This document shows, one piece after another, positions 10,023 through 18,665 of a stretch of 64,000 nucleotides of DNA. How positions within the stretch are numbered: position 1 is the stretch's first letter; the number at the start of each line of letters is the position of its first letter. The stretch is from Candidatus Krumholzibacteriota bacterium (GTDB lineage Bacteria; Krumholzibacteriota; Krumholzibacteriia; JAJRXK01). The notes beneath the pieces are model-generated. The model worked only from the letters and a program-made list of their open reading frames with translations, did not search any database and had not been told where the DNA came from. The DNA is taken from assembly GCA_963806035.1 (NCBI GenBank), contig CAWDWO010000009.1, forward strand, positions 8,801-72,800, given 5' to 3'. The position numbers and the translations under genes are program-made.

Positions 10023-10130
10023 GTGTGTCGAGGGCCTCTGTCAGCATCCTGCGGGGAGCCTTCCCCAGGGTGGAGTTCTAAGTGAATGGTGCACAATCCT
10101 TTAGCGGATGGCAAGCAAAGCCTTTCGGGC

Positions 10131-10146
10131 TTGGCACCCAGCTTGA
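10131..10146 (+). promoter_or_regulatory. candidate sigma54 (-24/-12) promoter TTGGCAC-N5-TTGA upstream of hsp20
   Basis: The GG and the -12 element have correct 10-nt spacing, but the -12 reads TTGA instead of the consensus TTGC. It is about 70 nt upstream of the hsp20 start. Confidence 0.3.
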
Positions 10147-10217
10147 TATGGCCTGGGTACGAGCGCAGGACAATGCGAACCCCTCGCACTGCAGCGAGAG
10201 ACGAAAGGAATGAAACC

Positions 10218-10634
10218 ATGCGTAACAAGATGCTGACTCCCTTTGATGCCTTCGATGCCCTCTTTGACGGTCTGGGCCGTTACTCCCTGGCCGAGGAAGG
10301 CGAGACCCTTTTGACCCCCCGCGTCGACATCCACGAGGATGAGGCGGAGTTCACGGTCGAGGTCGACCTCCCCGGCGTCAACAAGGACGACCTGAAAGTC
10401 GAGGTCGAGAACGGCAACCTCATCATCGAGGCTCAACGCAAAGTGAAGCCCATGGCCGAGACGAGCAAGGCCATCCGGATCGAGCGCGTCGCGCGCGCCA
10501 GCTACCGCCGCACCTTCTCCCTGGGAGACGAGATCGACGGTGAGGCCATCAAGGCCGAATTGCGCGACGGCGTGCTGCACGTGTCTCTCCCCAAGCGGGA
10601 GAAGGCGCTGCCGAAGCGCATCGAAGTCAAGTAA
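10218..10634 (+). CDS. Hsp20/alpha-crystallin family small heat-shock protein
   Basis: The alpha-crystallin domain (FTVEVDLPGV...LKVEVENGNLII...GVLHVSLPK) starts at the ATG at 10218, which has an AAAGGA RBS. The track ORF is extended upstream. Confidence 0.85.
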   Translation: MRNKMLTPFDAFDALFDGLGRYSLAEEGETLLTPRVDIHEDEAEFTVEVDLPGVNKDDLKVEVENGNLIIEAQRKVKPMAETSKAIRIERVARASYRRTFSLGDEIDGEAIKAELRDGVLHVSLPKREKALPKRIEVK

Positions 10635-10671
10635 GCGCGATCAAGTTCGCTGCCAAAATTCGGTCGGACGC

Positions 10672-10704
10672 GGGGCCCATCCCTTTCGGGGGTGGGCCCC
10701 TTTG
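10672..10704 (+). terminator. rho-independent terminator after hsp20
   Basis: GGGGCCCATCCC-tttcg-GGGTGGGCCCC 12-bp stem followed by TTTG, 38 nt after the hsp20 stop. Confidence 0.7.
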
Positions 10705-10820
10705 CGTGCTTCCTCAGGACGCCGCATACGGGTGGAACGGAGATTGCCTTAGCAGAGGCGGGGATTGACAGAGCCTTCCCTGCACCCAGAGGACACTCGA
10801 CGCAGCAATGAGGAAGCTTC

Positions 10821-11360
10821 ATGACCGATAGCGCAAGCCTCTACCCGCTCCATTTCGGCGAAGTACTCAACGTTCTCCCTGAATATGAGGAATATCGCGA
10901 CGCGGAAAGCTCATACCGTGGCGAAGCGCCCTTCCGCATGGCGGTGGGCCGCCACGTGAAGGACTGGGGCGAGAGGCTCCTGGACCTCTCGGAGTTCCAG
11001 GGCAACCTTCTTCCCCGCCGTGACCTGCGCGTGGTGGACCACATGGTGAGCACGGTGACCGACATCTTCAGCACCCTCAACTGCGGCGGCCAGATTCGCC
11101 GCGTTCCCGTGGATTCTTCCACTCAGGATGAGCTGCGCGCGTGCGACACGCGAATCCTGCGCCTCTTGGAAGAGGAAAGCGAGCTTTTGGACGGGATGCA
11201 CCGCGCCGAATGGGCGGGAGAATGGCTCGAGCACGACGCGCGTGAATTCTACCGCAAGCTGCGCAGCCTCAAGCGGGAACTCCTCGACCGCAACCTGTTG
11301 CTCGGCCTGCGCGGCTCGGCCAGGCGCGACCGCAGGCAACCCGGCATCGAGCTCATTTAG
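10821..11360 (+). CDS. hypothetical protein
   Basis: 179-aa ORF in a region free of competing genes. No recognisable domain. Confidence 0.4.
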   Translation: MTDSASLYPLHFGEVLNVLPEYEEYRDAESSYRGEAPFRMAVGRHVKDWGERLLDLSEFQGNLLPRRDLRVVDHMVSTVTDIFSTLNCGGQIRRVPVDSSTQDELRACDTRILRLLEEESELLDGMHRAEWAGEWLEHDAREFYRKLRSLKRELLDRNLLLGLRGSARRDRRQPGIELI

Positions 11361-11417
11361 CCCGAGCGGAATCCGGTGCTTTGCGTCCGCCTGTCTTCGT
11401 TGTAGCTTCTGTCCATC

Positions 11418-12692
11418 ATGAAAGCTCCGTTCTTTTCGCGTCTGACCGCTTCCATCCTCCTCTGCGCAAGCTTCCTGCTCGCCGCTGCGGGCCTGGCGGC
11501 AGCGCAGAATCCTTTCTTGAAGGAGCAGGCGCCGCGGGTCATCAAGGAAATCCAGATCACGGGCAACACCACCACAAAGGAATACGTGCTGCGGCGCGAA
11601 CTCGGATTCCAGGAGGGTGATGTCTACGACGATGACGCGCTGAACGATGCTTGGTACCGGCTGGAGCAGCTGAATTTCATCGCCTACGTCGACATCCAGG
11701 TCGAACGCAGCGCTCCGGGCGAGGTCATCCTGAAGATCCAGATCGAAGAGGACAATCGTTTCGATTGGCGGCCCTACCTGCGTTGGGAAAGACGCTTCGA
11801 CTGGCTCTACGGACTCTCGGGACAAATGATCAACTTCCGGGGCCGCGCGGAAACTCTGTGGGCGCGCGCCTACGCGGGACACAAGCAGCACCTTTCTCTG
11901 GGCTGGCAGAACCCGTGGATTCTGGGGCGCACGCACCTGGGCGTGGGAGTCAGCGGCTACTACGAACGCTACCGTTTCGTCTATCTGCCCTTCCGCCTCG
12001 AGGATGCGGGTGGCAGCCTCGACCTGTGGCACGATCTGACCAAGAATTTGCAAGTCACGGGCAACTACACCTACAGGGGTCTCACGATCAGCGAGTCCGG
12101 CTCCTCGCTGGCCGATCAGAGCATCTCCGATCCCTACCTGAAGGCCGGGCTGGACTACGACAGCCGCGACCTCCGCTACTATCCCAGCCACGGCGTCCAC
12201 GCCAGCGCGCTGGCCACGCTCGGCGCAGTGGGCTCGGGAGACCTTTCGAGCTATTCCTACTTCGATCTCTCGCTGGCCGGCTACCAGGCGCTGCCCTACC
12301 TGGGCATACTGGCCTCCCGGGTCAGCTATCGCGGCACCGGCGACAGTCTGCCGGTCTACGAGCGTAGCTATCTGGGGGGACCCGACACCATCCGCGGCGT
12401 CGATTTCTCCAGCGTTCGCGGCGACGAGAACTTCTTGGCCACCATCGAGCTACGCCGGCCCGTTTTCCTGGTGCCCCTGCGGGAAGGAAGAGCCGTGGGC
12501 CTGGGCTTCCACGCCTTCGTCGACTGGGGTACGGCCTGGGAGGCCGCGCAGAGCATCAGCGACGCCAAGATGCGCCATTCGGGAGGGATCGGCCTCCACC
12601 TCAATCTGAACACCTACAATCTGCGCTTCGAATGGGCATTCAGTGATCACGACGGCAACAGCTTCATCTTTGCCGATCGATTCACCTTCTGA
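11418..12692 (+). CDS. Omp85-family outer-membrane protein with a single POTRA domain
   Basis: Signal peptide (LLAAAGLAAAQ), a POTRA-like N-terminal module (IKEIQITGNTTTKEYVLRREL), and a surface-antigen beta-barrel ending in aromatic F (ADRFTF). Confidence 0.65.
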   Translation: MKAPFFSRLTASILLCASFLLAAAGLAAAQNPFLKEQAPRVIKEIQITGNTTTKEYVLRRELGFQEGDVYDDDALNDAWYRLEQLNFIAYVDIQVERSAPGEVILKIQIEEDNRFDWRPYLRWERRFDWLYGLSGQMINFRGRAETLWARAYAGHKQHLSLGWQNPWILGRTHLGVGVSGYYERYRFVYLPFRLEDAGGSLDLWHDLTKNLQVTGNYTYRGLTISESGSSLADQSISDPYLKAGLDYDSRDLRYYPSHGVHASALATLGAVGSGDLSSYSYFDLSLAGYQALPYLGILASRVSYRGTGDSLPVYERSYLGGPDTIRGVDFSSVRGDENFLATIELRRPVFLVPLREGRAVGLGFHAFVDWGTAWEAAQSISDAKMRHSGGIGLHLNLNTYNLRFEWAFSDHDGNSFIFADRFTF

Positions 12693-12731
12693 TTCTGGCG
12701 AGGCTTCCCTCGACCGAAAGGAGGTGCGGGC

Positions 12732-13787
12732 ATGAGCGAGGCAGAGCGAATCCGTCTCACCCAGTACGCCGGCGCCGCCGGTTGAGCGGCCAAGATGAGC
12801 CCGGAGGATCTGGGCTCGATCCTGGAAGATTTGGTCACAGCAGAAGACGATCCGAGGGTATTGGTGGGCCTGCAGTCCTCCGACGACGCCGGAGTCTATC
12901 GTCTGGACGACGAGCGCGCACTGGTGTTCACCGTCGATCTGATCACGCCGATCGTGGATGATCCGCGCGATTTCGGACGCATCGCCGCCGCGAACTCGAT
13001 CAGCGACATCTACGCCATGGGCGCCAAGCCCCTCATGGCGCTGAACGTCTCGGGCTTCGAGCCCAAGCTGCCGGCGCAGATCTACCGGGAAATTCTCCAG
13101 GGCGCGCGCGAAGTGGCCCACGAGGCCCGCGCGGTGATCCTGGGCGGCCACACCATCAAGGACAAGGAGATCAAGTACGGCCTGGCCGTGGTCGGAGAGG
13201 TGCATCCGCAGAAAATTTTGCGCAACACCGGGGCCCAAGAGGGAGACGCCCTTCTGCTCAGCAAGGCGCTGGGGACCTCCGCTCTGGCCACCGCTTTCAA
13301 GAACGGCGCCTTCGATGAATCCGACTCGCGCTATCGCGCCATGGTCTCTTCCATGACCCGTCTCAACCGGGAAGCGAGCGTGCTGGCTCAGGAGTTTGGC
13401 GCCCATGCACTCACCGACGTCACCGGCTTCGGTTTGAGCGGACACATGCTGGAAATGCTCACCGGAAGCGAGCTTGGCTTTCGGATCCGCTTGAGCTCTC
13501 TTCCGGTGCTCGAGGGCGCGCTGGAGATGCTGGCGGCGGGATACACCTGTGGCGGCGGCGAAGCCAACCGCAAACGGGCCCTGGACAAAATAGAACTGCC
13601 CGAAAAAATCGAACTCCATCAGGAATACCTTTTACACGATCCACAAACTTCCGGCGGCTTGCTCATGGCGCTTCCCAAGGAACGGGCGCCCGCCTTGCTT
13701 GCCCGCCTGCAGGAAAGCGGGCACGCGGCCGCCATCGTGGGCGAGGTCGTTGGCCCCTCGAAGCAGCCGCTGCACATTCTCGCCTGA
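12732..13787 (+). CDS. selD: selenide, water dikinase (selenophosphate synthetase) with selenocysteine at the catalytic position
   Basis: The ATG at 12732 has AAGGAGG 8 nt upstream. It encodes MSEAERIRLTQYAGAAG-[TGA]-AAKMSPEDLGSIL, colinear with E. coli SelD [20 protein letters not shown]. The TGA aligns with catalytic Cys17, and the rest of the protein is a full-length SelD (DDAGVY, GGHTI, DVTGFG motifs). Confidence 0.8.
12788..12825 (+). promoter_or_regulatory. candidate bacterial SECIS stem-loop immediately 3' of the selD UGA
   Basis: ccaagat-GAGCCC-ggaggatct-GGGCTC-g-atcctgg forms an interrupted stem of about 13 bp starting 3 nt after the UGA, with the apical loop 18-26 nt downstream and a GG in the loop. 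Confidence 0.45.
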
Positions 13788-14107
13788 GACGCGACATTCC
13801 ACCCAACGGGTCGAACGATTGAAAGATCTTCCTCATTTGGGAAAAGACACGCATGTGGACCGCTTGCGCCAAAAGTGGAGGACAGTTATCTCTTGCACAG
13901 GCTCCCACACTTCGTCGCGCCGTCATTCAGACGGCGCGATGGCGTCACTGCTTTGAATTGATCGGAGTGTTGTTTCGAAGAATCTGAACCTTGGAACGCT
14001 GTGACAATTGGGCTCTCACATCGAACCAAGCTCGTCTCTTTGTGCTCCCGTCAAACTGTGGGCGAGCCTGCGGCAATGAATGACCATCATCATGGATTGG
14101 AGTTGTA

Positions 14108-15058
14108 ATGGCCGAACGAATCGCCGTCTACGTCGACGGTGCCAATGCGTACTTTGCCCAGAAAGAAGCACTGAATTGGTGGATCGACTGGCCCTCCTTC
14201 CTGGAGTGGGCCCAGCGGGACAAGGAGCTCGTGAGCGCCCGTTGGTATCAGTCCTACCGCCGCGCCCCCGAACCCGAGCAGGAGCGCTTTCTTCACCATT
14301 TGACGATCGTCGGCTACGCGGTGCGCAAAAAAGTCCTCAAGTCGATTTACGACCGGGAGACCGGCCAGAATTCGGTGAAGGGGAATTTGAACATCGAGCT
14401 CGTGATCGACGCTCTGACCGATGCCCCGCACTATGACACCATTCTCCTCGTCACCGGAGACAGCGATTTCGTCCCCCTCGTGGAAGCTCTGCGTTCACGA
14501 GGAAAGCGCGTCCTGGTGGCCGCTACCCAACAGAACGTCGCCGTCGACCTGAGGCAGGTCATCGGTGTCAACTACATCGATCTCGGCGATTTGCGCGACG
14601 AGATCGAAAGCGACAAACGACCCCCCGATCGCAGCGAGAGATACGAGGACTCCGGCCGTAATTTTAGCCGCGGCTTCGATTCCGGCGCGGAGGAGTTCGC
14701 CCGCGAGGCCTCCGAGCCCAATGGAAACGTGAGACTTCCCCAAGACGACTACAAGGTGACGTCCATCCTGGATCCGCACCCGCCGAGCGCTCCCAGCCAG
14801 GACATCGTTCTGCCACAGGAAGGGGAGATCGTTCGTTGCACCGTGCAGTCGGTGAAGAAGTACGGGATCTTTCTCGACCTGCATGAGAACGTAAAAACCC
14901 TGCTTCACGTGAAGGACATGAACCGGGGCTATGTGGCCGATGCCGGTCAGTACTATCGCGTGGGCCAGGAAGTCCCGGTGCAAGTGGTGGGAATCGACTG
15001 GGAACGCCAACCACCGGAAGTGCGCGTGCAGGTCGTGACTCCCGAGATGGAGTACTAG
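14108..15058 (+). CDS. NYN (LabA-like PIN-fold nuclease) domain protein fused to a C-terminal S1-like RNA-binding domain
   Basis: N-terminal VYVDGANAY...LVTGDSDFVPL...IDLGD NYN/LabA signature. The C-terminal GEIVRCTVQSVKKYGIFLDL...HVKDM...VGQEVPVQVVGID matches an S1/OB fold. There is a GGAG RBS. Confidence 0.65.
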   Translation: MAERIAVYVDGANAYFAQKEALNWWIDWPSFLEWAQRDKELVSARWYQSYRRAPEPEQERFLHHLTIVGYAVRKKVLKSIYDRETGQNSVKGNLNIELVIDALTDAPHYDTILLVTGDSDFVPLVEALRSRGKRVLVAATQQNVAVDLRQVIGVNYIDLGDLRDEIESDKRPPDRSERYEDSGRNFSRGFDSGAEEFAREASEPNGNVRLPQDDYKVTSILDPHPPSAPSQDIVLPQEGEIVRCTVQSVKKYGIFLDLHENVKTLLHVKDMNRGYVADAGQYYRVGQEVPVQVVGIDWERQPPEVRVQVVTPEMEY

Positions 15059-15948
15059 TCGCCCCGCGGAGCGAAACGATAGCCGACGATCTTGAAGGCC
15101 AGCTTGGCCGCGGTCTGTTCGTTGACGCGCGTCGTGGGCTGAGGGACCGTCTCGCAGAGATCGGCCCCGAGAAGTTCTCCTTTGCCTTCGACGATGAGCG
15201 CGCGCAGGACGGAAAGGGTCTTCTCCCAGCTCAGACCGCCCGGCTGTGGGGTGCCCGTTCCCGGACAGAGGGAACATTCGAGTCCATCCGCGTCAATGGT
15301 CAGATGAACCGGTCCGCTCAACTCCCGCAGAGTTTCCAGGAGTTCCTCGAAGCGCTCCGCCCGAGCGAGCTCGTGGTCATAGAAGGTCTCGATGCGCGGA
15401 TCTTCGCGCGCTAGCTCGTATTCGCCTTTCTCCGCGCTACGAATCCCGATGGCCACCAGCCGCTTCACTCCGAGTTCGAGCACGCGCCGCATCGCGCAGG
15501 CGTGGTTGAAGCGGCTGCCCTGATACTCTTCGCGCAAATCTGCATGCGCATCGATTTGCACCACCGTCACATCCGACGGCTGTTTGAGGATGCCCTTGAG
15601 CAGCGCCGAAGTGACTGAATGCTCCCCTCCCAAACCCAGATAGAAGGGAGGCGCCAGACCGTAGCCGGCGCAGACCCTCGTGAGACGGTTGAGATAGGCT
15701 TCCACTCTCTCGTTCGCGTCGGCCACGATCGCGGGAAGCACGCAGTAGCGGACCGACCCCTCGTGTTCGAAGTCGAGCTCTTCGTCGAAGCTTTCCAGAT
15801 GCCAACTCGCACGCAAGATCGCGTCCGGCGCAGCTGAAGTTCCTTTGCCGTAACTGACCGTGCCCTCAAAGGGCGCGCGGATCACCGCGACCTCCGCTTC
15901 GTCCAGAGTGGAATTGGGGAGCTCCAAGAAAGTGAGAGGAGTGTCCAT
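15055..15948 (-). CDS. speB: agmatinase / arginase-family ureohydrolase
   Basis: Mn-binding motifs GGEHS, DAHADL and DADGLE. 297 aa. Confidence 0.8.
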   Translation of the reverse strand: MDTPLTFLELPNSTLDEAEVAVIRAPFEGTVSYGKGTSAAPDAILRASWHLESFDEELDFEHEGSVRYCVLPAIVADANERVEAYLNRLTRVCAGYGLAPPFYLGLGGEHSVTSALLKGILKQPSDVTVVQIDAHADLREEYQGSRFNHACAMRRVLELGVKRLVAIGIRSAEKGEYELAREDPRIETFYDHELARAERFEELLETLRELSGPVHLTIDADGLECSLCPGTGTPQPGGLSWEKTLSVLRALIVEGKGELLGADLCETVPQPTTRVNEQTAAKLAFKIVGYRFAPRGD

Positions 15949-16038
15949 CGTGTTCCCGATTCGCAGAGAGTGGCTCCGGGCTCGAAGTAACGCGCCGAAG
16001 CTGAGGTGCTGTTCGAGGGCCTGAAGCAGGCTATGAAC

Positions 16039-17811
16039 TCAAAGAGACTCCACCGAACGCATGAAACCGTCCACCAATTTCGTCATGCGGCTCTCGGCGC
16101 GTTGCGCGGTGATCTTCAGTGCCTCCTCTTGCGGTACGGACTCGATGAGTTCGAAGTAGAATTTGATCTTGGGCTCGGTCCCGCTGGGACGCAGAAGAAT
16201 CCGCGAACCGTCGCTCAGATAGAAGGCCAGAACATTGGCGCGCGGAATTTCTCCACACGCGGCGGGGGGGGCCTCCTCCTCGCGAAGCACCAGCCTCTCT
16301 CCGCTGAGGTAGTCGTGCACCAGACTCACCTCGAGTCCTTCGCCAAACTCCTGCGGCGGATTTTCGCGCACGCTCGTCATGATGGAAGCGATGCGCGCCG
16401 CGCCGCTCTCTCCCGGCATGGTCATACTCTTCTGCAGGGTGAGGTGCAGTCCGAAGCGGCGGTAGATCTCCTCCAGCACCTGCAGCACGCTGCGATCGTG
16501 CGCCCGGTAGAAGCTCGTGAGCTCGGCGAAGAGGAGCGCGGCCGAGATCCCGTCCTTGTCGGCCGTCACCATCCCCACCGAATAGCCCAGCGCCTCCTCG
16601 TAGCCCAGAAGCAACTCCTCACCGTTCTCGCGGCGATGCTTCTGCGAACCATTGGCGACCCACTTGAAGCCGGTGAGCGTCTCGTCGTAGGCCGCCCCCG
16701 CGGCCCGCGCCATGGTCGAGAGCAAACGCGAGGAAACGATGGTGGTCATGAGCAGGGGCTTGCAGTCGGCCGGCAAGTTCTCGCTGAGAAGATAATGGGC
16801 GAGGATGGCTCCCACCTGATCTCCACTGAGCATGCGGTACTCGCCCTCTCCGTCGGGCAGCGCGACCGCCAGCCGGTCCGCGTCCGGATCGTTGGCCAGC
16901 ACGAGATCGGCACTCGTCTTTTTCGCCAAATCCAGGGCGAGATCCATCGCGCCTTCCTCTTCGGGGTTGGGAAAGCGCACGGTAGGGAAGTCGCCATCGG
17001 GTTCGAATTGGCGCTTTACGAGGTGGAGCGGCGCATACCCCGCGCGCCGGAAGAGTTCGACCACCGTGCTCCCACCGACTCCATGCAGGGGAGTGTAGAC
17101 GATCGAGAGATCACTCTTCTGCTCCGGGTGACGGCGTAGGCGCAGGACATCGTCCAGATAGTCTTCGAAAATCTTCTCCTCGATGTCTTGCACTAGACCG
17201 GCGCGCCGGGCGTCCTTCAGCACAGCCAGGGGAACTTCTTGAAGAGTCTGGATCTCGTCGATCTTGGCGGCGATGCCAGTGTCGTGGGGGGGAATGATCT
17301 GGGCTCCGTTCCCCCAATACACTTTGTAGCCGTTGTACTGCGGAGGATTGTGGCTCGCGGTGACCATGACGCCGGCCGCTGCGCCCAGCGCGCGTACGGC
17401 GACCGCCACCAAGGGAGTGGGCGAAAGTCGCGTAAAGAAGTGAACGGTGATCCCCAATCCCGCCAGGACCTCGGCCACATCAAGCGCAAACTCCTTTGAC
17501 ATGTGGCGCCCGTCGTATCCCACCACCACACCGCGGGAGCGGGCGTCCTGCGCTTCCTGCAAGAGATAGCGGCCGAGGCCGCAGCTGACCCTACGCACGA
17601 GGGCGCGGTTCATTCGGCCCGGGCCGGGGCCGAGCACTCCCCGCAAGCCGGCGGTGCCGAAATGCAGGCTCTGCGCGAAGCCTTCGCGGAGTGACTGGAT
17701 GTCGTCAGCGACCAGGCTCTTCTTCAGTTCCTCCCGCGTCACCGGATCGGGATCCTCGCTCAACCAACGTTGCGCCTCTTCTCGTAATTCATCGATCGAA
17801 GGTGAATTCAT
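16039..17811 (-). CDS. phosphoglucomutase/phosphomannomutase (alpha-D-phosphohexomutase family)
   Basis: Active-site TASHNP phosphoserine loop and the four-domain length (590 aa). Confidence 0.85.
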   Translation of the reverse strand: MNSPSIDELREEAQRWLSEDPDPVTREELKKSLVADDIQSLREGFAQSLHFGTAGLRGVLGPGPGRMNRALVRRVSCGLGRYLLQEAQDARSRGVVVGYDGRHMSKEFALDVAEVLAGLGITVHFFTRLSPTPLVAVAVRALGAAAGVMVTASHNPPQYNGYKVYWGNGAQIIPPHDTGIAAKIDEIQTLQEVPLAVLKDARRAGLVQDIEEKIFEDYLDDVLRLRRHPEQKSDLSIVYTPLHGVGGSTVVELFRRAGYAPLHLVKRQFEPDGDFPTVRFPNPEEEGAMDLALDLAKKTSADLVLANDPDADRLAVALPDGEGEYRMLSGDQVGAILAHYLLSENLPADCKPLLMTTIVSSRLLSTMARAAGAAYDETLTGFKWVANGSQKHRRENGEELLLGYEEALGYSVGMVTADKDGISAALLFAELTSFYRAHDRSVLQVLEEIYRRFGLHLTLQKSMTMPGESGAARIASIMTSVRENPPQEFGEGLEVSLVHDYLSGERLVLREEEAPPAACGEIPRANVLAFYLSDGSRILLRPSGTEPKIKFYFELIESVPQEEALKITAQRAESRMTKLVDGFMRSVESL

Positions 17812-17843
17812 GTCTCACTCTCCTTGGTGCGCACGACGCGCGT

Positions 17844-18488
17844 TCAAAATCGCCTGGTGTTGCGGTGCCTCAAAAGCCAAATCATGAGAGCAATGGAGAT
17901 GATGAGAATGGTGGCAAAGAGAATGGGTTGGGCCTGAATGATCCGGGGATAGAGAAGACTGGTGACCAGGAGTCCCACCAGCGCGCCACCGAGATGCGCA
18001 TCGTGGCCGATGTTGCCCATCCGCGATTTGATCCCCCAGATGGAGACCACGAGAAAGAGCACGGCGTAGATGGAAGCGGGAATGGGATAGGGAATGAAGA
18101 AGATGTAAATGCTGCTGCCGGGCAGAAGAAAGATGGAGGCGTAGATGACGCCGCACACCCCTCCCGAGGCGCCCAGGGCGCGGTAGCTCTCGCCGCGATG
18201 CAACCAGAAGGAGAGTGCGCTGCCGCCCAGGATGCTGGCGAGGTAGATCAGCAGCAAAATTCCCCCGCCGTACAGCCTCTCGACGCCCGAGGCGAAGCTG
18301 TAGAAGCTGATGAGATTGAAAAGGAGGTGTCCCCAGTCGGCGTGAAAGAACGCACTGGTGATCGTGCGATACCACTGTCCATCGCGGACGATCCGCTCGC
18401 GATCGAAGAGATAACGCTCCACCAGAGCGGGGCGAGAGAAGCCCTGCCAGGAAATCAGCGCCGTCAGCACCGTGATGAGTACCGTCAT
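17844..18488 (-). CDS. rhomboid family intramembrane serine protease (second copy)
   Basis: GASGGVCGV GxSG motif and a downstream His (GHDAHLGGALVG) in a 6-TM scaffold. Confidence 0.75.
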   Translation of the reverse strand: MTVLITVLTALISWQGFSRPALVERYLFDRERIVRDGQWYRTITSAFFHADWGHLLFNLISFYSFASGVERLYGGGILLLIYLASILGGSALSFWLHRGESYRALGASGGVCGVIYASIFLLPGSSIYIFFIPYPIPASIYAVLFLVVSIWGIKSRMGNIGHDAHLGGALVGLLVTSLLYPRIIQAQPILFATILIISIALMIWLLRHRNTRRF

Positions 18489-18665
18489 GAGCGCCAGAAC
18501 TCCGCATGCATACCTTCGCCTCCTCGCCGCGGTTCTTGGGGGATGCGGGGCGCCCGGTGGGATTGCCTCCGCCCTGAACCTTCACTATACAATGCGAGAT
18601 CCCTCTGGCAACGAAAGCGCAAGATTCTCGAGCTGCGTGTCCCCTGGCGCGGCAGTGGAGATGAC

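Noticed and set aside
10911-13619. 429-aa and 389-aa minus-strand ORFs
   Set aside because: Antisense shadows of the hypothetical/Omp85 genes and of selD respectively.
13788-14107. Long AT-richer intergenic region after selD, searched for selC (tRNA-Sec) or another tRNA
   Set aside because: No T-arm (GGTTCGANTCC-like) or acceptor-stem pattern was found on either strand. It is probably just the leader and promoter region of the NYN-S1 gene.
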